DNA from: Candidatus Limnocylindria bacterium
GTDB lineage: Bacteria > Chloroflexota > Limnocylindria > QHBO01
Direction: 5' to 3'
Length of the DNA stretch: 64,000 nucleotides
Assembly (NCBI GenBank): GCA_035697845.1
Contig: DASSCI010000060.1
Location: forward strand, 1,813-65,812
The notes under the pieces were generated by a model. That model had not been told where the DNA came from. It was given only the letters and a program-made list of their open reading frames with translations, and did not search any database. The stretch's first letter is position 1; each line of letters begins with the position of its first letter. Shown here piece after piece: positions 18,541 to 28,600 of this stretch. The position numbers were made by a program, and so were the translations under genes.

Positions 18541-19590
18541 TCAGTGCCAGTTGCGGCTGCGCAGCTCGTTCGGGCCGCGGCGAGCCGACTGGACGTCGGT
18601 GCGCAGCCAGCGCGGCAGCCGCGCGTCGTCCTCGGAGACCCCGTCGACCTCGTCGTCGCGGAGGAGATCCGGGTCGACCGGTGGAATCAGCTCGCGCATC
18701 GGCGGCAATGGCGTGACCTTGCGTGGCTCCGCCTCCGCCGATGCCGGCGCGGCGACCGGCTGCGCTTCAGCGGGCGTCGCGACGGTGGCGGTGATCTGGA
18801 CGGGAGCGGGCTCGCGGCGCCGGCGATTGGAGAGCACGACGAAGAGGACGAGGCCTGCCAGCGCAACGAGCGACGAGACCATGAGCACGGACCCGCCCGC
18901 ATCCTCGTCCGGGACGATGCTGGCAGGAACCGCCTCGAGCGGCTCAGTCAAGGGCGACGCCTCCACATCCAGGAGCCCGAGCGCCGGTGAGGCCGATGGA
19001 GACGCTGCCGTCGATGGAGCCGGCGTCACGGCCGGTTCCGGCGTGCTGGCCGGGGCCGCCGATGGCGGCGCGGGAGGCGGGGGGACCGGCGGCGCTGCCG
19101 GCGCGGCAGGTGGAGGCGGCGGCGTCGGAGCCGGTGTCGGTGTCGGTATCGGCGGCGGGACGGGGGTCGGCGGCGGTGGGGGAAGGACCACCATCGCGGT
19201 CTGCGGATCGACGGTGTCCAAGGCGACCGTCTTCTCGCCCCGCCCCGAGCCGCTGGTCGCGGCGTACGCGTATGGATGGTTGCCGACCGGCAGGGTGAGG
19301 GTGATCCAGTAGGTGACGCCGGCCGAATAGGTCGTGTCGCCGGCATTCAGCGGGAAGGTTCCGACGCCGGTGATCGTCAGCGTGATGGCGGTCGGGGCGC
19401 AATCGGCCGTATCGGCGTAGGTGACCGTGAAGGTCATCGGCGTGCCGAACGTGACCGAGCCCGGCGTCGTCGTTCCGCCGGTCAGCGCAACCTGGTGCGA
19501 CGCGCCGTTGCAGCTGGCAGCCTGAACCGGTGCCGCCGCGGCAAGCAGCGCGACCAATGTCGCAGTGAGCCCGAGTGCGATCTTGTTCAT
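18541..19590 (-). CDS. Secreted, membrane-anchored protein with an Ig-like N-terminal domain and a proline-rich linker.
   Basis: Signal peptide MNKIALGLTATLVALLAAAAPVQA. Poly-Pro stretch PPPPPTPVPPPIPTPTPAPTPPPPP. Transmembrane helix followed by RRRR. The start was trimmed from the track ORF. Confidence 0.6.
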   Translation of the reverse strand: MNKIALGLTATLVALLAAAAPVQAASCNGASHQVALTGGTTTPGSVTFGTPMTFTVTYADTADCAPTAITLTITGVGTFPLNAGDTTYSAGVTYWITLTLPVGNHPYAYAATSGSGRGEKTVALDTVDPQTAMVVLPPPPPTPVPPPIPTPTPAPTPPPPPAAPAAPPVPPPPAPPSAAPASTPEPAVTPAPSTAASPSASPALGLLDVEASPLTEPLEAVPASIVPDEDAGGSVLMVSSLVALAGLVLFVVLSNRRRREPAPVQITATVATPAEAQPVAAPASAEAEPRKVTPLPPMRELIPPVDPDLLRDDEVDGVSEDDARLPRWLRTDVQSARRGPNELRSRNWH

Positions 19591-19767
19591 GGTCCGGGCC
19601 GTTGCCGGCCCGCACCGACCGTAGCACCGCGATCGCGTCATTCCGGCTGGCCCAGAAGTCCGCTTCGTTGGTAGGACCCTCGTCCGTGGCGCTCCGCAAT
19701 CTCGGCGGACACCGAAAGGCCCGGCCACTCGGCCGGGCCCTCGGGCCGTTCGCGATGTGTCGTCAGG

Positions 19768-20457
19768 TCAGACGGCGACTCCCGCTGGGCGGAGGACCGG
19801 AACTTTCTCGGTTTCCGGCCGCGTCGCCCACACCAGGCCAGCTCCGGCCAGGACCAGGGTGGCGCCAAGGCCAGCGAAGAGGGCCGCCAGACCGAGGCCG
19901 AGCGTCAGTGCCTGGGCGGTCATGGTGCCGACGCCGAGCTCGCCGATGAGCGCGTGCGCGGTGCCAGTCCAGGCCTGCTCACGAACCGCAGCGTCGATGG
20001 GGTTGGTTCGGTCGAACGCCGTCCAGTAGCGGCCGTCGACCGGGACCTCGTACGCCGTGCCTGCCGTATAGACCGTGCCGTCTTCGGCGGTGTAGTCCTC
20101 GTCAAGGACGACCGTCTGGACGCCGTGCAGGGTGTGGTAGGCGATCGTGGCCATCTGGTACATGTACTCGGTCGCGGTGTTGACGACCGGGTCGTTCGGG
20201 TCGAGCTCGCTCGCAACGACCGGGTAACCCCAGTCGTTCTCGAGCAGCGCCAGGATCTCCTGCGCTCCGGCGGTCTCGCCGCGCTCGGTCAGCTGGCCAT
20301 CCTCGTTGTAGGCCAGCTGGACGTTCTGCGCCGCGCTGAACGCCTTGAGTGACGCGCTTCCCTCTTGGACCTTGTAGAACGAGAACCCGCCTGCGGCGAT
20401 GAAGCCGAGGCCGATGAGTCCGAGGACGATGCCCAGGGCTCGCAATCGACTGATCAT
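19768..20457 (-). CDS. Hypothetical membrane protein (two terminal transmembrane helices, periplasmic/extracytoplasmic middle domain).
   Basis: Start MISRLRALGIVLGLIGLGFIAAGG, preceded by a GAGGGA Shine-Dalgarno motif. A second transmembrane helix lies at the C-terminus. Confidence 0.5.
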   Translation of the reverse strand: MISRLRALGIVLGLIGLGFIAAGGFSFYKVQEGSASLKAFSAAQNVQLAYNEDGQLTERGETAGAQEILALLENDWGYPVVASELDPNDPVVNTATEYMYQMATIAYHTLHGVQTVVLDEDYTAEDGTVYTAGTAYEVPVDGRYWTAFDRTNPIDAAVREQAWTGTAHALIGELGVGTMTAQALTLGLGLAALFAGLGATLVLAGAGLVWATRPETEKVPVLRPAGVAV

Positions 20458-20604
20458 TGAAGTATCCCTCTCGTGGATCTGTGAGGTGTCTTGCTTTCCA
20501 CCCACAGCATCCCGAAAGGTCACACCGATGCGCAGTGACATCCGGACCGATTCGGTCGCCGACCGGCCCGGCCCAGGCCCTGCCATTTGTCACGCGGCGT
20601 CGCG

Positions 20605-20844
20605 TCAGCGCGGCTCCTGCAGGCTGTCGTCGCGCAGGCCGTCGGTCGTCACCTCGACCGCGTCGAAGTCGTGCGTCGTATCGGCCCGACCCAGACCGGC
20701 GCTGAAATCGGCGTCAATCGTCTCCTCGGCCGCGTAGTCGGGCCCGGCCGGGCGGTTGACGACCGTGTTCCTTTCGTCATCGGTGTCGCGACCGAACGCA
20801 TTGCGCACCTTGTCGATCAGGCTCTCATCTTCCTCGTGAGTCAA
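20605..20844 (-). CDS. Small acidic hypothetical protein (about 79 aa).
   Basis: TTG start 6 nt after GGGGAAGGAG. The product is Asp/Glu/Thr-rich with no recognisable domain. Confidence 0.35.
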   Translation of the reverse strand: MTHEEDESLIDKVRNAFGRDTDDERNTVVNRPAGPDYAAEETIDADFSAGLGRADTTHDFDAVEVTTDGLRDDSLQEPR

Positions 20845-20947
20845 CGCAATCTCCTTCCCCGCTTCGTATTTCCGGCGGAGCAATGCAAATGTTGGGCCCA
20901 GCGCCGACGCAGGATGCGGCCAACCGGTTGGTCGTCGGCGTCCTAGC

Positions 20948-21868
20948 ATGGGAGCCATGACGGCGACGGCTACTGCGACGATCGAGCCCCTCGTCGTGCA
21001 GGGGCTGGTCAAGAACTACGGCAAGGTCCAGGCGGTGCGGGGGATCGATCTCGCCGTCAGGGCGGGGGAGGTGTTCGGCTTCGTCGGCCCCAACGGCGCC
21101 GGCAAGTCGACGACCATCCGCTGCATCCTCGACCTGCTGCGGCCGAGCGGCGGCCAGATCCGCCTCTTCGGCCGTGACCCCAGCACGGACGGCGCCGACA
21201 TCCGTGAGCGCGTCGCGTACGTCCCCGGCGAGCTGCGGCTGCCGGAACGCGTCACCGGCCGGCAGTTCCTGACCTCCATCGGCCGTATCCGACGCCGGTT
21301 CGAGCGTGGGCGAGTGGACGAGCTCGCCGAGCGCTTCAAGCTCGACCTCGACCGCAACATCCGTCATCTGTCGAGCGGCAACCGCCGCAAGGTCGCCGTC
21401 CTGAGTGCCTTCCTGTCCGACGCCGACCTCCTCATCCTGGATGAGCCGACCGGCGGGCTCGACCCGCTCATGCAGCATGAGTTCCTGCGCCTCGTCCGCG
21501 AGCGACGCGCCGCCGGCGCGACTGTCTTCCTCTCGTCGCACATCCTGTCGGAGGTCCAGAGCGTGGCGGATCGACTGGCCGTGCTGCGGGCAGGACAGAT
21601 CGTTGCCTCGGGCACCGTGAACGAAGTCCGCGGCCTGGCGCGGCAGCACGTCGAGGTCTGGTTCGAGGCCGATGCGCCGCGCGGCCTCCTCCAGGTGCCC
21701 GGACTCGACGACGCCGCGGTCGATGGCCGCCAGTTCCGCGCCACGCTGACCGGCTCGGCGCGGCCGCTGATCGATGCGCTCAACGGCCTGCCGATCAGCT
21801 CGATCACGATCCAGGAGCCCGACCTGGAGGAGGCCTTCCTGGGTCTGTACCAGGAGGACGACGAATGA
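20948..21868 (+). CDS. ABC transporter ATP-binding protein (ABC-2 exporter type).
   Basis: Walker A GPNGAGKST, signature LSSGNRRKVAVLSAF, Walker B LLILDEPTGGLD. Confidence 0.85.
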   Translation: MGAMTATATATIEPLVVQGLVKNYGKVQAVRGIDLAVRAGEVFGFVGPNGAGKSTTIRCILDLLRPSGGQIRLFGRDPSTDGADIRERVAYVPGELRLPERVTGRQFLTSIGRIRRRFERGRVDELAERFKLDLDRNIRHLSSGNRRKVAVLSAFLSDADLLILDEPTGGLDPLMQHEFLRLVRERRAAGATVFLSSHILSEVQSVADRLAVLRAGQIVASGTVNEVRGLARQHVEVWFEADAPRGLLQVPGLDDAAVDGRQFRATLTGSARPLIDALNGLPISSITIQEPDLEEAFLGLYQEDDE

Positions 21869-22671
21869 CGGCGCGGGCCTGGGAGCTTCTGGCCGTCCCG
21901 CTGCGTGCGGCGCGTCGAGCCGGCCTGGTCTGGGGCCTCAGCCTGGCCGCGCTCATCGTCCTGACGGTCGCCTTCTATCCGGCATTTCGCGACGAGCCGG
22001 AGCTGAACAACCTCATCGAGGGCATGCCGGACGCGCTGATCGATGCCTTCGGCCTGGCCGACTTCGGGACGCCCGCCGGCTTCCTGCGCGGCAACCTCTA
22101 CGCGGTACTGGTGCCGCTCATGCTGGCCGTCGCCGGCGTGCTGCTCATGAACGGGCAGACCGCATCGGACGAGGACTCCGGTCGGATGGAGGCGTATCTC
22201 GCGCAGCCGGTCACGCGGCAGGCCATCTTCATCGGCCGCGCGGCGGGGGTCGGGCTGTGGCTGCTGGTGATCGGCGTTCTCATGGTGGTGGCGCAGGTCA
22301 TGAGCGACGAGGTCTTCGGGCTCGACATCGGAGCCGAGCGGGTCGTCGTGACGGTCATCCTGTGCGTGCTGCTGGGTGCGTTCCACGCCGGAGTCGCGGC
22401 GCTGGTTGCCGGGCTGACCGGGAGGCCCGGGCTGGTGCTGGCGGCTGGCATGGCGCTCGCCGTCGCCGGCTACGTGGCGATGGCGCTCTTCCCGATCAGC
22501 GACGTCCTGGAGCCATGGCGTCACGCGTCACCGTGGGACTGGGCGTTGGGCGGCGACCCGCTGACCAACGCCACCGAAGCGTGGCGCTACCTCGTGCTCG
22601 GCGTGCCGGCGCTGGTGCTGACCGCGATCGGCGCCTGGGCGTTCGGGCGCCGCGACGTGCAGGTCGGCTGA
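21865..22671 (+). CDS. ABC-2 family transporter permease.
   Basis: 268 aa with 6 transmembrane helices. ATGA overlap with the ATPase gene. Confidence 0.7.
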   Translation: MTARAWELLAVPLRAARRAGLVWGLSLAALIVLTVAFYPAFRDEPELNNLIEGMPDALIDAFGLADFGTPAGFLRGNLYAVLVPLMLAVAGVLLMNGQTASDEDSGRMEAYLAQPVTRQAIFIGRAAGVGLWLLVIGVLMVVAQVMSDEVFGLDIGAERVVVTVILCVLLGAFHAGVAALVAGLTGRPGLVLAAGMALAVAGYVAMALFPISDVLEPWRHASPWDWALGGDPLTNATEAWRYLVLGVPALVLTAIGAWAFGRRDVQVG

Positions 22672-22675
22672 CGGA

Positions 22676-22969
22676 TCAGTAGCCTCGCGGGTCGGTCGAG
22701 TCCTTCGACTCGTGGACGCCGCCGTCCATGTGCTCGTCCTCGTCGGTGGGCACGTGCGTGCCGATGCCGCCCGCGGCGTTGAGCGCGCCGCCGCCGAAGG
22801 CTCGATTCGTCGCCGCGATGCCGGCCGCGCCCTCGAGTGCGGTCTTCTCGTCGCCGGTGGCCTCGTCGCGCCGGCTCTCGTCGTCGCCCGGCTCCATGGC
22901 CGGCAGGTCGTCCGGGCGCTCCATGCCGGTTGCGTCGGCGAGCGGTGCCTCGTTCGTGTCGCGTTCCAT
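22676..22969 (-). CDS. Small acidic hypothetical protein (97 aa).
   Basis: Low-complexity Asp/Glu/Gly-rich ORF lying immediately after the ABC-2 permease gene on the opposite strand. Confidence 0.35.
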   Translation of the reverse strand: MERDTNEAPLADATGMERPDDLPAMEPGDDESRRDEATGDEKTALEGAAGIAATNRAFGGGALNAAGGIGTHVPTDEDEHMDGGVHESKDSTDPRGY

Positions 22970-23017
22970 GTCGTCAGTCCTCCTCGAGGCGCCAGACCGA
23001 TGCAGGAAGCGGGCCGT

Positions 23018-23620
23018 CTACGCGCGCAGCATGAGCCAGCCGTGGATGTCGGTTCCCGGGATGATGAGCTCTTCGACCACGACGAAGCCGGCCCGCTCGT
23101 ACAGCAGGACGTTGCGCCCGGTGGCGGTCTCGAGGTAGGCCGGAAGCTTGGCGCCGCTCGCGAGGTCGAGGACGGGCCGCATGAGGGCGGAGCCGATGCC
23201 CTCGCCCCGGCGCTCGGGCTCGACACCCAGGACCGACAGGTAGAAGTGCGGGCCGGGGGCGTGGAGGCGCCGATGCTGCTCCAGCGCCGCCATCGCGCGC
23301 GAGACATCGCGCAGCCGGCCGATGCCGCCGGCCATGCGCGTCGCCGACGGCAGGAGCCGAAGGCTGTCGATGAACCCGGCGCCGGTGTAGCCGGGCGGGT
23401 GCCACACGGCCACTCCGGCGTGGTCGGGGGTGGTGTAGGTGTGGCTCAGTCCGTTCGAGGCGTGGCGCAGAAACCCGGTCCACCCGTCGCGCATGCGCTG
23501 GTTACGCTCCGGTGCATCACCGACGATGAACTCGTAGAACGGGTCGTGCGCGAAGGCGCGCGCGAGCGTCGCGGCCAGCTCGGGAATGTCGCCGACGGTC
23601 GCGCGACGAACGCCGCTCAT
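23018..23620 (-). CDS. GNAT family N-acetyltransferase.
   Basis: Acetyl-CoA motif region RRGEGIGSALMRPVL...YERAGF. ATGA overlap with the upstream gene. Confidence 0.75.
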   Translation of the reverse strand: MSGVRRATVGDIPELAATLARAFAHDPFYEFIVGDAPERNQRMRDGWTGFLRHASNGLSHTYTTPDHAGVAVWHPPGYTGAGFIDSLRLLPSATRMAGGIGRLRDVSRAMAALEQHRRLHAPGPHFYLSVLGVEPERRGEGIGSALMRPVLDLASGAKLPAYLETATGRNVLLYERAGFVVVEELIIPGTDIHGWLMLRA

Positions 23621-24255
23621 TCGCTCAGGACGATCCTCCGGTTCGACGGCTCGGGCTCCGGCCCCAGCTCGACCAGCGACCAGCCCGGCAGCGGCTCAGG
23701 CAGCCCGGTGCCCGCGCCACTCAGCACTTCGGCCGCGCGGCGAACCAGTTCTCGCGCCGGCTTGCGCCCCTTCTCCGGCAGGTCCTCGACCAGCGCGTCG
23801 AGCCGGCGCTGAATGAGCGCTGCGGCCACCGTCGGGAAGAGGCCCTCACGGTCGCGGCGAACCAGCGCCTCGGCACCGTCGATGCCCTCGCCCTCGAGCG
23901 CGCGGATGAGGAGTCGCACGCGCGCCGACTCGGCCCGGGGCAGCTCGTCGATCCAGCTCGGCGGTCGCTTCGGTGGCTCCCTCGTCGCCTTGGCGCGTGC
24001 GGCTGGACGCGGCCTCATCGGCGCAATCTTGCTGTCACGCGCCTCCGGGATGGCGGCGCGCAGGGTCTTGAGCGTGGCGAACGGTCCGCGGATCAGCTCC
24101 TGGCCGAACTCGTTCGACTGCTCCGTGTCGACCAGGAACCACTCGCCGGCCGTCTCGCGCGCCTCGAACCGGCCGTCGGCGGTGTGGTACGTGCCGGCCT
24201 CCTGGCGGAGCAGCTTGTCCGGGTCGGCCGGCGCATCGGTCTTGCGCTTTGGCAT
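23617..24255 (-). CDS. Hypothetical protein.
   Basis: 212 aa with coding-like composition. Translationally coupled to the GNAT gene. Confidence 0.45.
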   Translation of the reverse strand: MPKRKTDAPADPDKLLRQEAGTYHTADGRFEARETAGEWFLVDTEQSNEFGQELIRGPFATLKTLRAAIPEARDSKIAPMRPRPAARAKATREPPKRPPSWIDELPRAESARVRLLIRALEGEGIDGAEALVRRDREGLFPTVAAALIQRRLDALVEDLPEKGRKPARELVRRAAEVLSGAGTGLPEPLPGWSLVELGPEPEPSNRRIVLSE

Positions 24256-24341
24256 GGCGTGATTGTGCTCCAGCCTCCGGCGAGTCGCCGCTATCGTGCC
24301 ACCGTTCAGCTCACGGACTCGAGCGACACGGAGGATGTCTC

Positions 24342-24746
24342 ATGGTCGGTGCCGCGCGCTACGTCTACCTCGTCCTCGCCTGGGCTTTCGTGGTCGGGGT
24401 GGTGGTCCAGGTCTTCTTCATCGGGCTGGGGCTGTTCGCCGGCTCGGAGAACGTCGAGCTGCATGTGACGCTCGGCTGGATCCTGCACCTGGTGCCGCTC
24501 CTGATCCTGGCGGCCGCGGCGCTCGCCCGTGCGGGCCGCCGCCGCATCCTGGAGGCCGCCGCATTGGCCGCGGTCGTATTCGTTGTGCCGATCCTGGCAA
24601 CCATGCGCGACGGCACACCGATCCTCGCCGCGCTCCATCCGGTGGGGGCGATCCTGGCGTTCTGGCTGGCGATCGTGGTCGCGCGCGGCGCGACGTCGTT
24701 GCGTGGCGTCGAGCGTGGGGGAGTGCAGGCGCCGGCGGTCCCGTAG
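24342..24746 (+). CDS. Small integral membrane protein.
   Basis: GGAGGA Shine-Dalgarno motif, then ATG 24342 (MVGAARYVYLVLAWAFVVGVVV...). 4 transmembrane helices. I trimmed the N-terminus of the track ORF. Confidence 0.5.
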   Translation: MVGAARYVYLVLAWAFVVGVVVQVFFIGLGLFAGSENVELHVTLGWILHLVPLLILAAAALARAGRRRILEAAALAAVVFVVPILATMRDGTPILAALHPVGAILAFWLAIVVARGATSLRGVERGGVQAPAVP

Positions 24747-24768
24747 CCCGGGCCGTAGACTTGGTCGC

Positions 24769-25644
24769 ATGTCGCTGTATCGGCTCGAGGAGGATCCCGG
24801 ACTCGACGCGCCCGTGCTGGTCGCCGCGCTCGAGGGCTGGGTCGATGCCGGCAGCGCGGGCACGACGGCGGCCGCACAGCTGGCCGAGGGTGGCCGGGTG
24901 GTGGCGACCTTCGATGCCGACGCGATCTATGACTACCGCGCACGTCGCCCGACGCTCGACATCGTCGACGGGCGGCCGACGACCCTGGCCTGGCCGAAGC
25001 TTCAGCTCGTCGCGTCGCGTATCGGCGAGCGCGACCTGCTGATCCTTCGCGGGCCGGAGCCGGACTACCGCTGGCGCGAGCTGACGGCCGATGCGATCGA
25101 GCTGGCCAAGCGACTCGGCGTCGCAAGCTGGGCGAGCCTGGGCGCCATCCCGGCGGCGGTTCCGCACACGCGTCCGGTGCCGATCCTGGCCACGGCATCC
25201 GCGTCCGGACTGCTGCCCGATGGCATTCGCCAGGGGCCCGATGGCGTCCTGCGGGTCCCATCCGCGGCGCTCTCCGTGTTGGAGCTGACGGCCGCCGCGA
25301 ACGGCATGCCGGCGGTCGGCTTCTTCGCGCAGGTGCCGCACTACGTCAACGCCACCTATCCGGCGGCCGCGATCGCCCTGCTCACGGCGCTGGGCCGCCA
25401 TCTCGGCTTCGATCCGCCGATCGGGCAGCTGGCGACCCGGGCGCTCGAGCGGCGCAACCTGCTGGATGCCGCGACGGCCACCGACGAGGACACGCGCGCA
25501 CACGTCGAGCGTCTCGAGCTGCTGGCCGATGAGTCGCGGCTGCCCGCCGGCGACGAGCTCATCGCCGATATCGAGCGCTTCCTGCGCGAGGGCGGCGACG
25601 AGGGTGGCGGCGGCGAGCCGGAGGGTGGGTCGCGCCTCCACTGA
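24769..25644 (+). CDS. PAC2 (proteasome assembly chaperone 2-like) family protein.
   Basis: Start MSLYRLEEDPGLDAPVLVAALEGWVDAGSAG, typical of the actinobacterial PAC2 family. I rejected the track N-terminal extension, which overlaps the upstream gene. Confidence 0.65.
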   Translation: MSLYRLEEDPGLDAPVLVAALEGWVDAGSAGTTAAAQLAEGGRVVATFDADAIYDYRARRPTLDIVDGRPTTLAWPKLQLVASRIGERDLLILRGPEPDYRWRELTADAIELAKRLGVASWASLGAIPAAVPHTRPVPILATASASGLLPDGIRQGPDGVLRVPSAALSVLELTAAANGMPAVGFFAQVPHYVNATYPAAAIALLTALGRHLGFDPPIGQLATRALERRNLLDAATATDEDTRAHVERLELLADESRLPAGDELIADIERFLREGGDEGGGGEPEGGSRLH

Positions 25645-25651
25645 CGCTGGC

Positions 25652-28600
25652 TCAGACGGTGGGTTGGGCCTCCGCCACGTCGCTCGCGTCGGATGCCGGC
25701 GCCACGATCACTTCGGGAGCCTTCGACACGATGGCGTCCAGGCGGTCGATGAGCCCCTGCGCGCGCAGACCGGCCAGGATTTGGCGCGCCTCATCGGCAA
25801 CGCGGGCCCGCTCCGACGGCGGCACGCTGTCCGTTGCAAGTCGGTCGATTTTGGCGAGGGCAAGCCAGAGCGGCAGGCCGAGCTCGGCAAAGGCGCGCTC
25901 GGCTTCGCGGTAAAGGCCGACGGCGTCGGCGCTGCGGCCCTCCAGGGCGGCGATGCCGGCGTCAATCGTGGTGAGAAACGTGCCGTTGCGTCGTCCCATC
26001 TGCGCGCGGGCGAAGGCATCGCGCATCCGTCGCGCGGTCTCGAGATCGGCATGCCAGATCGCACTGCGGGCTCCGAACGCCGCAGCCTCCGCGCCGTTGT
26101 AGCCGACCGCGACGAGCTCGTCGATGAGGCGAATCTGCTCGGCGTGGCGGTCACGGACGAGGTTTTGGGTGGCGAGTGCCCATCCACCCAGGACCCGGTA
26201 CTGATGATCGTCGATGCCGCGGCTTGATTCGTACAGGTCCTGCGCGTCGCGGCCGGTATCCTCGCCGCGAAGCTCGCGAATGACCGTTCCGTACACGCCG
26301 AACCAGAGACGCTCGGCGGGCTCGATCAGCAGTGCCTCGCGCTCGGAAAGTGCCTCGAGCGCCCAGTCCCACTCGCCGACGTCGATTGCGCCATCGACCG
26401 CGTTGCCGAGCAGGTAGCGGATCGCACCCACGATGCCGGCGCGCGACGCGTCCTCGAGGCCGGCGCGCGAGACGGCAAACGCTGCCGCCGGAACGTCCGG
26501 GGCGAGCACGAAGCCGAGGTTCGTCGCCGCGCGCGTCGCGGCATCGGCCAGCCCGAGCCTGCGGGCGACGTCGAGCGCCCCGGTCAGGATCGAGATGGAC
26601 TCCAGGATGCGATTCAGGCCGGAGATCGCCACCCCCCGCGTGATGAGGAGGTCCAGGGTCAGCTCGTCATTGCCCGAGGCCGCCGCGACCGGGAGCACTC
26701 GATCGGCCAGCTCGACGGATCGCTCGGGGTGGATGCGCCGCATCTCGCACTTCGCCAGCGCGGTGGCCAGCTCGAGATAGCCGGGGTCCTTGGGTTCGAG
26801 GCCAGGCTCAGCCATGGCCTCCTCGAGCAGGCCGAAGGCGCGCTCGTGCTGTCCCTCCAGCAGCACATTCCCCAGGCGCGCCAACCCCCGCCGTCTCGTG
26901 GCGTCGTCCCCGAGGTCCGCGGCCAAACGGGTGACCCGCTCGCCGAGCTGCACGGCGGTGTCGAGCATGCCGGCATTCTCTGCCGCATCGAAGGCTGCGG
27001 CGAGCAGCTCGAGCTCCTCCGTCGGCTCGGCGGCGATCGTCAGCGCGGAGGCGAGGTAGCTGTGCGCGCGCCGGGCCGAGCCGAGCTCGAGCGCCCGCTG
27101 CGCGGCGGCTCGCAGCGCGACGCGTGCCTGCGCGGCGACCGCGGCACCCTCCGGGCCGCCGGGATGGGCCTCGTATGCGTCCACATAGTGCTGCGCCAGC
27201 ACGCCCGACAGCTCGTCGTCACCGAGCGCCTCGTAATAGCGCGCCGCCGCCAGGTGACGCGCTCGGCGATCGTCGCGCGCCAGGGTGGCGTAGGCGACCT
27301 CGCGCAGCAGGCCCTGGACGAACCGATATTGACCCCGCTCCGGCGAGCGCGGATCGTCGTCGCGGACGAGGATCTCGCGGCGGTTGAGGTGCTGCAGCAT
27401 CGCGTCGATCTCATCGGGATTCGCACGCGTGATGGAGCTCAGGGCGGGCACCCCGAACGACAGGCCCAGCACCGATGCGTCCTGCACGAGCGTCCGCTCC
27501 GACGCCGGCAGGCCATCGATCCGGGCGGCGATGAGCGCGTGCAGCGATTCGGGCACGGTGAGCACGTCGAGGTCGCCGGCGGGGCGGAAGCTGTCCCCGT
27601 CGCGCTCGATGCGCCCGTCGTTGAGCAGCGTGCGCACCGTCTCGACGGCGTAGAGCGGGATGCCTTCGGCACGCCGAACAATCTGCTCGATGACGGCGTC
27701 GGGCAGCCCCGGCACCAGGCCGTTGAGCATCGTCCGCATTTCGCCGTCGTCGAGCGGCGCCAGGCTGAGCGAGGTGAAGCTGCGCTGTCCGGCGCCCCAG
27801 GTCGGCCGGCGGTCGAGGAGCTCCGGTCGCGCCAGGGTGATGATGTAGATCGATCGCCCGCGGGACCAGCTGAGCATCTCCTCCATGAAGTCGAGCAGGC
27901 CGTCATCGGCCCACTGGAGATCCTCGAAGACCATGATCACCGGGCCGGCCTCGGCGATGCGCTCGAAGAAGGTGCGCCACGCGCCGAAGAGCTGCCCGCG
28001 CTCGCGCGTTCGGCTCTCGCCGATGCCCAGCAGGTGGAGCAGCGGGTCCTCGAGGCTCCGCCGCTCGTCGGCATCGGTCACGAACTCGTCCAAACTCGCG
28101 CCGAGCCGCTCGCGCGTCGTCGCCTCATCGGCCCCTTCGCCGACGCCGATGCGCATGCGCACCATCTCGCCCAGGGCCCAGAAGCTGATGCCCTCGCCGT
28201 AGGCGGGGGAGCGCCCCTGGTGCCAGTAGACGACCTCGGTTACGCCGTCGATGTACTTGAGGAACTCCCACGCCAGCCTGCTCTTGCCGATGCCGGCCTG
28301 GCCCATGACGCTCACCAGGCGGGGCCCGCGCTCGCGGGCGGTGGCGTGATAGAAGTCCTTGATCAGCTGGAGCTCCGAGTCGCGGCCGACGAACGGCGGC
28401 TCCAGTCCCTCGGTGCGGCCGACGCCGCCGCGCTGCGCTACCACCCGCAGTGCCCGGAAGGCGGGCACCGGGCTCGTCTTGCCCTTGAGCTCCTGGTCCC
28501 CTGCGGCTTCGAACACGATCGCGTTGCCGGCCGCACGCTGTGTCCCTTCGCCGACGAGCACCGTCCCGGGTGGCGCGACCGACTGGAGACGGCTGGCGGT

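Noticed and set aside
24529-25644. 371-aa version of the PAC2 gene with a 5' extension.
   Set aside because: The extension overlaps the upstream membrane-protein gene in another frame. The conserved PAC2 N-terminus begins at ATG 24769.
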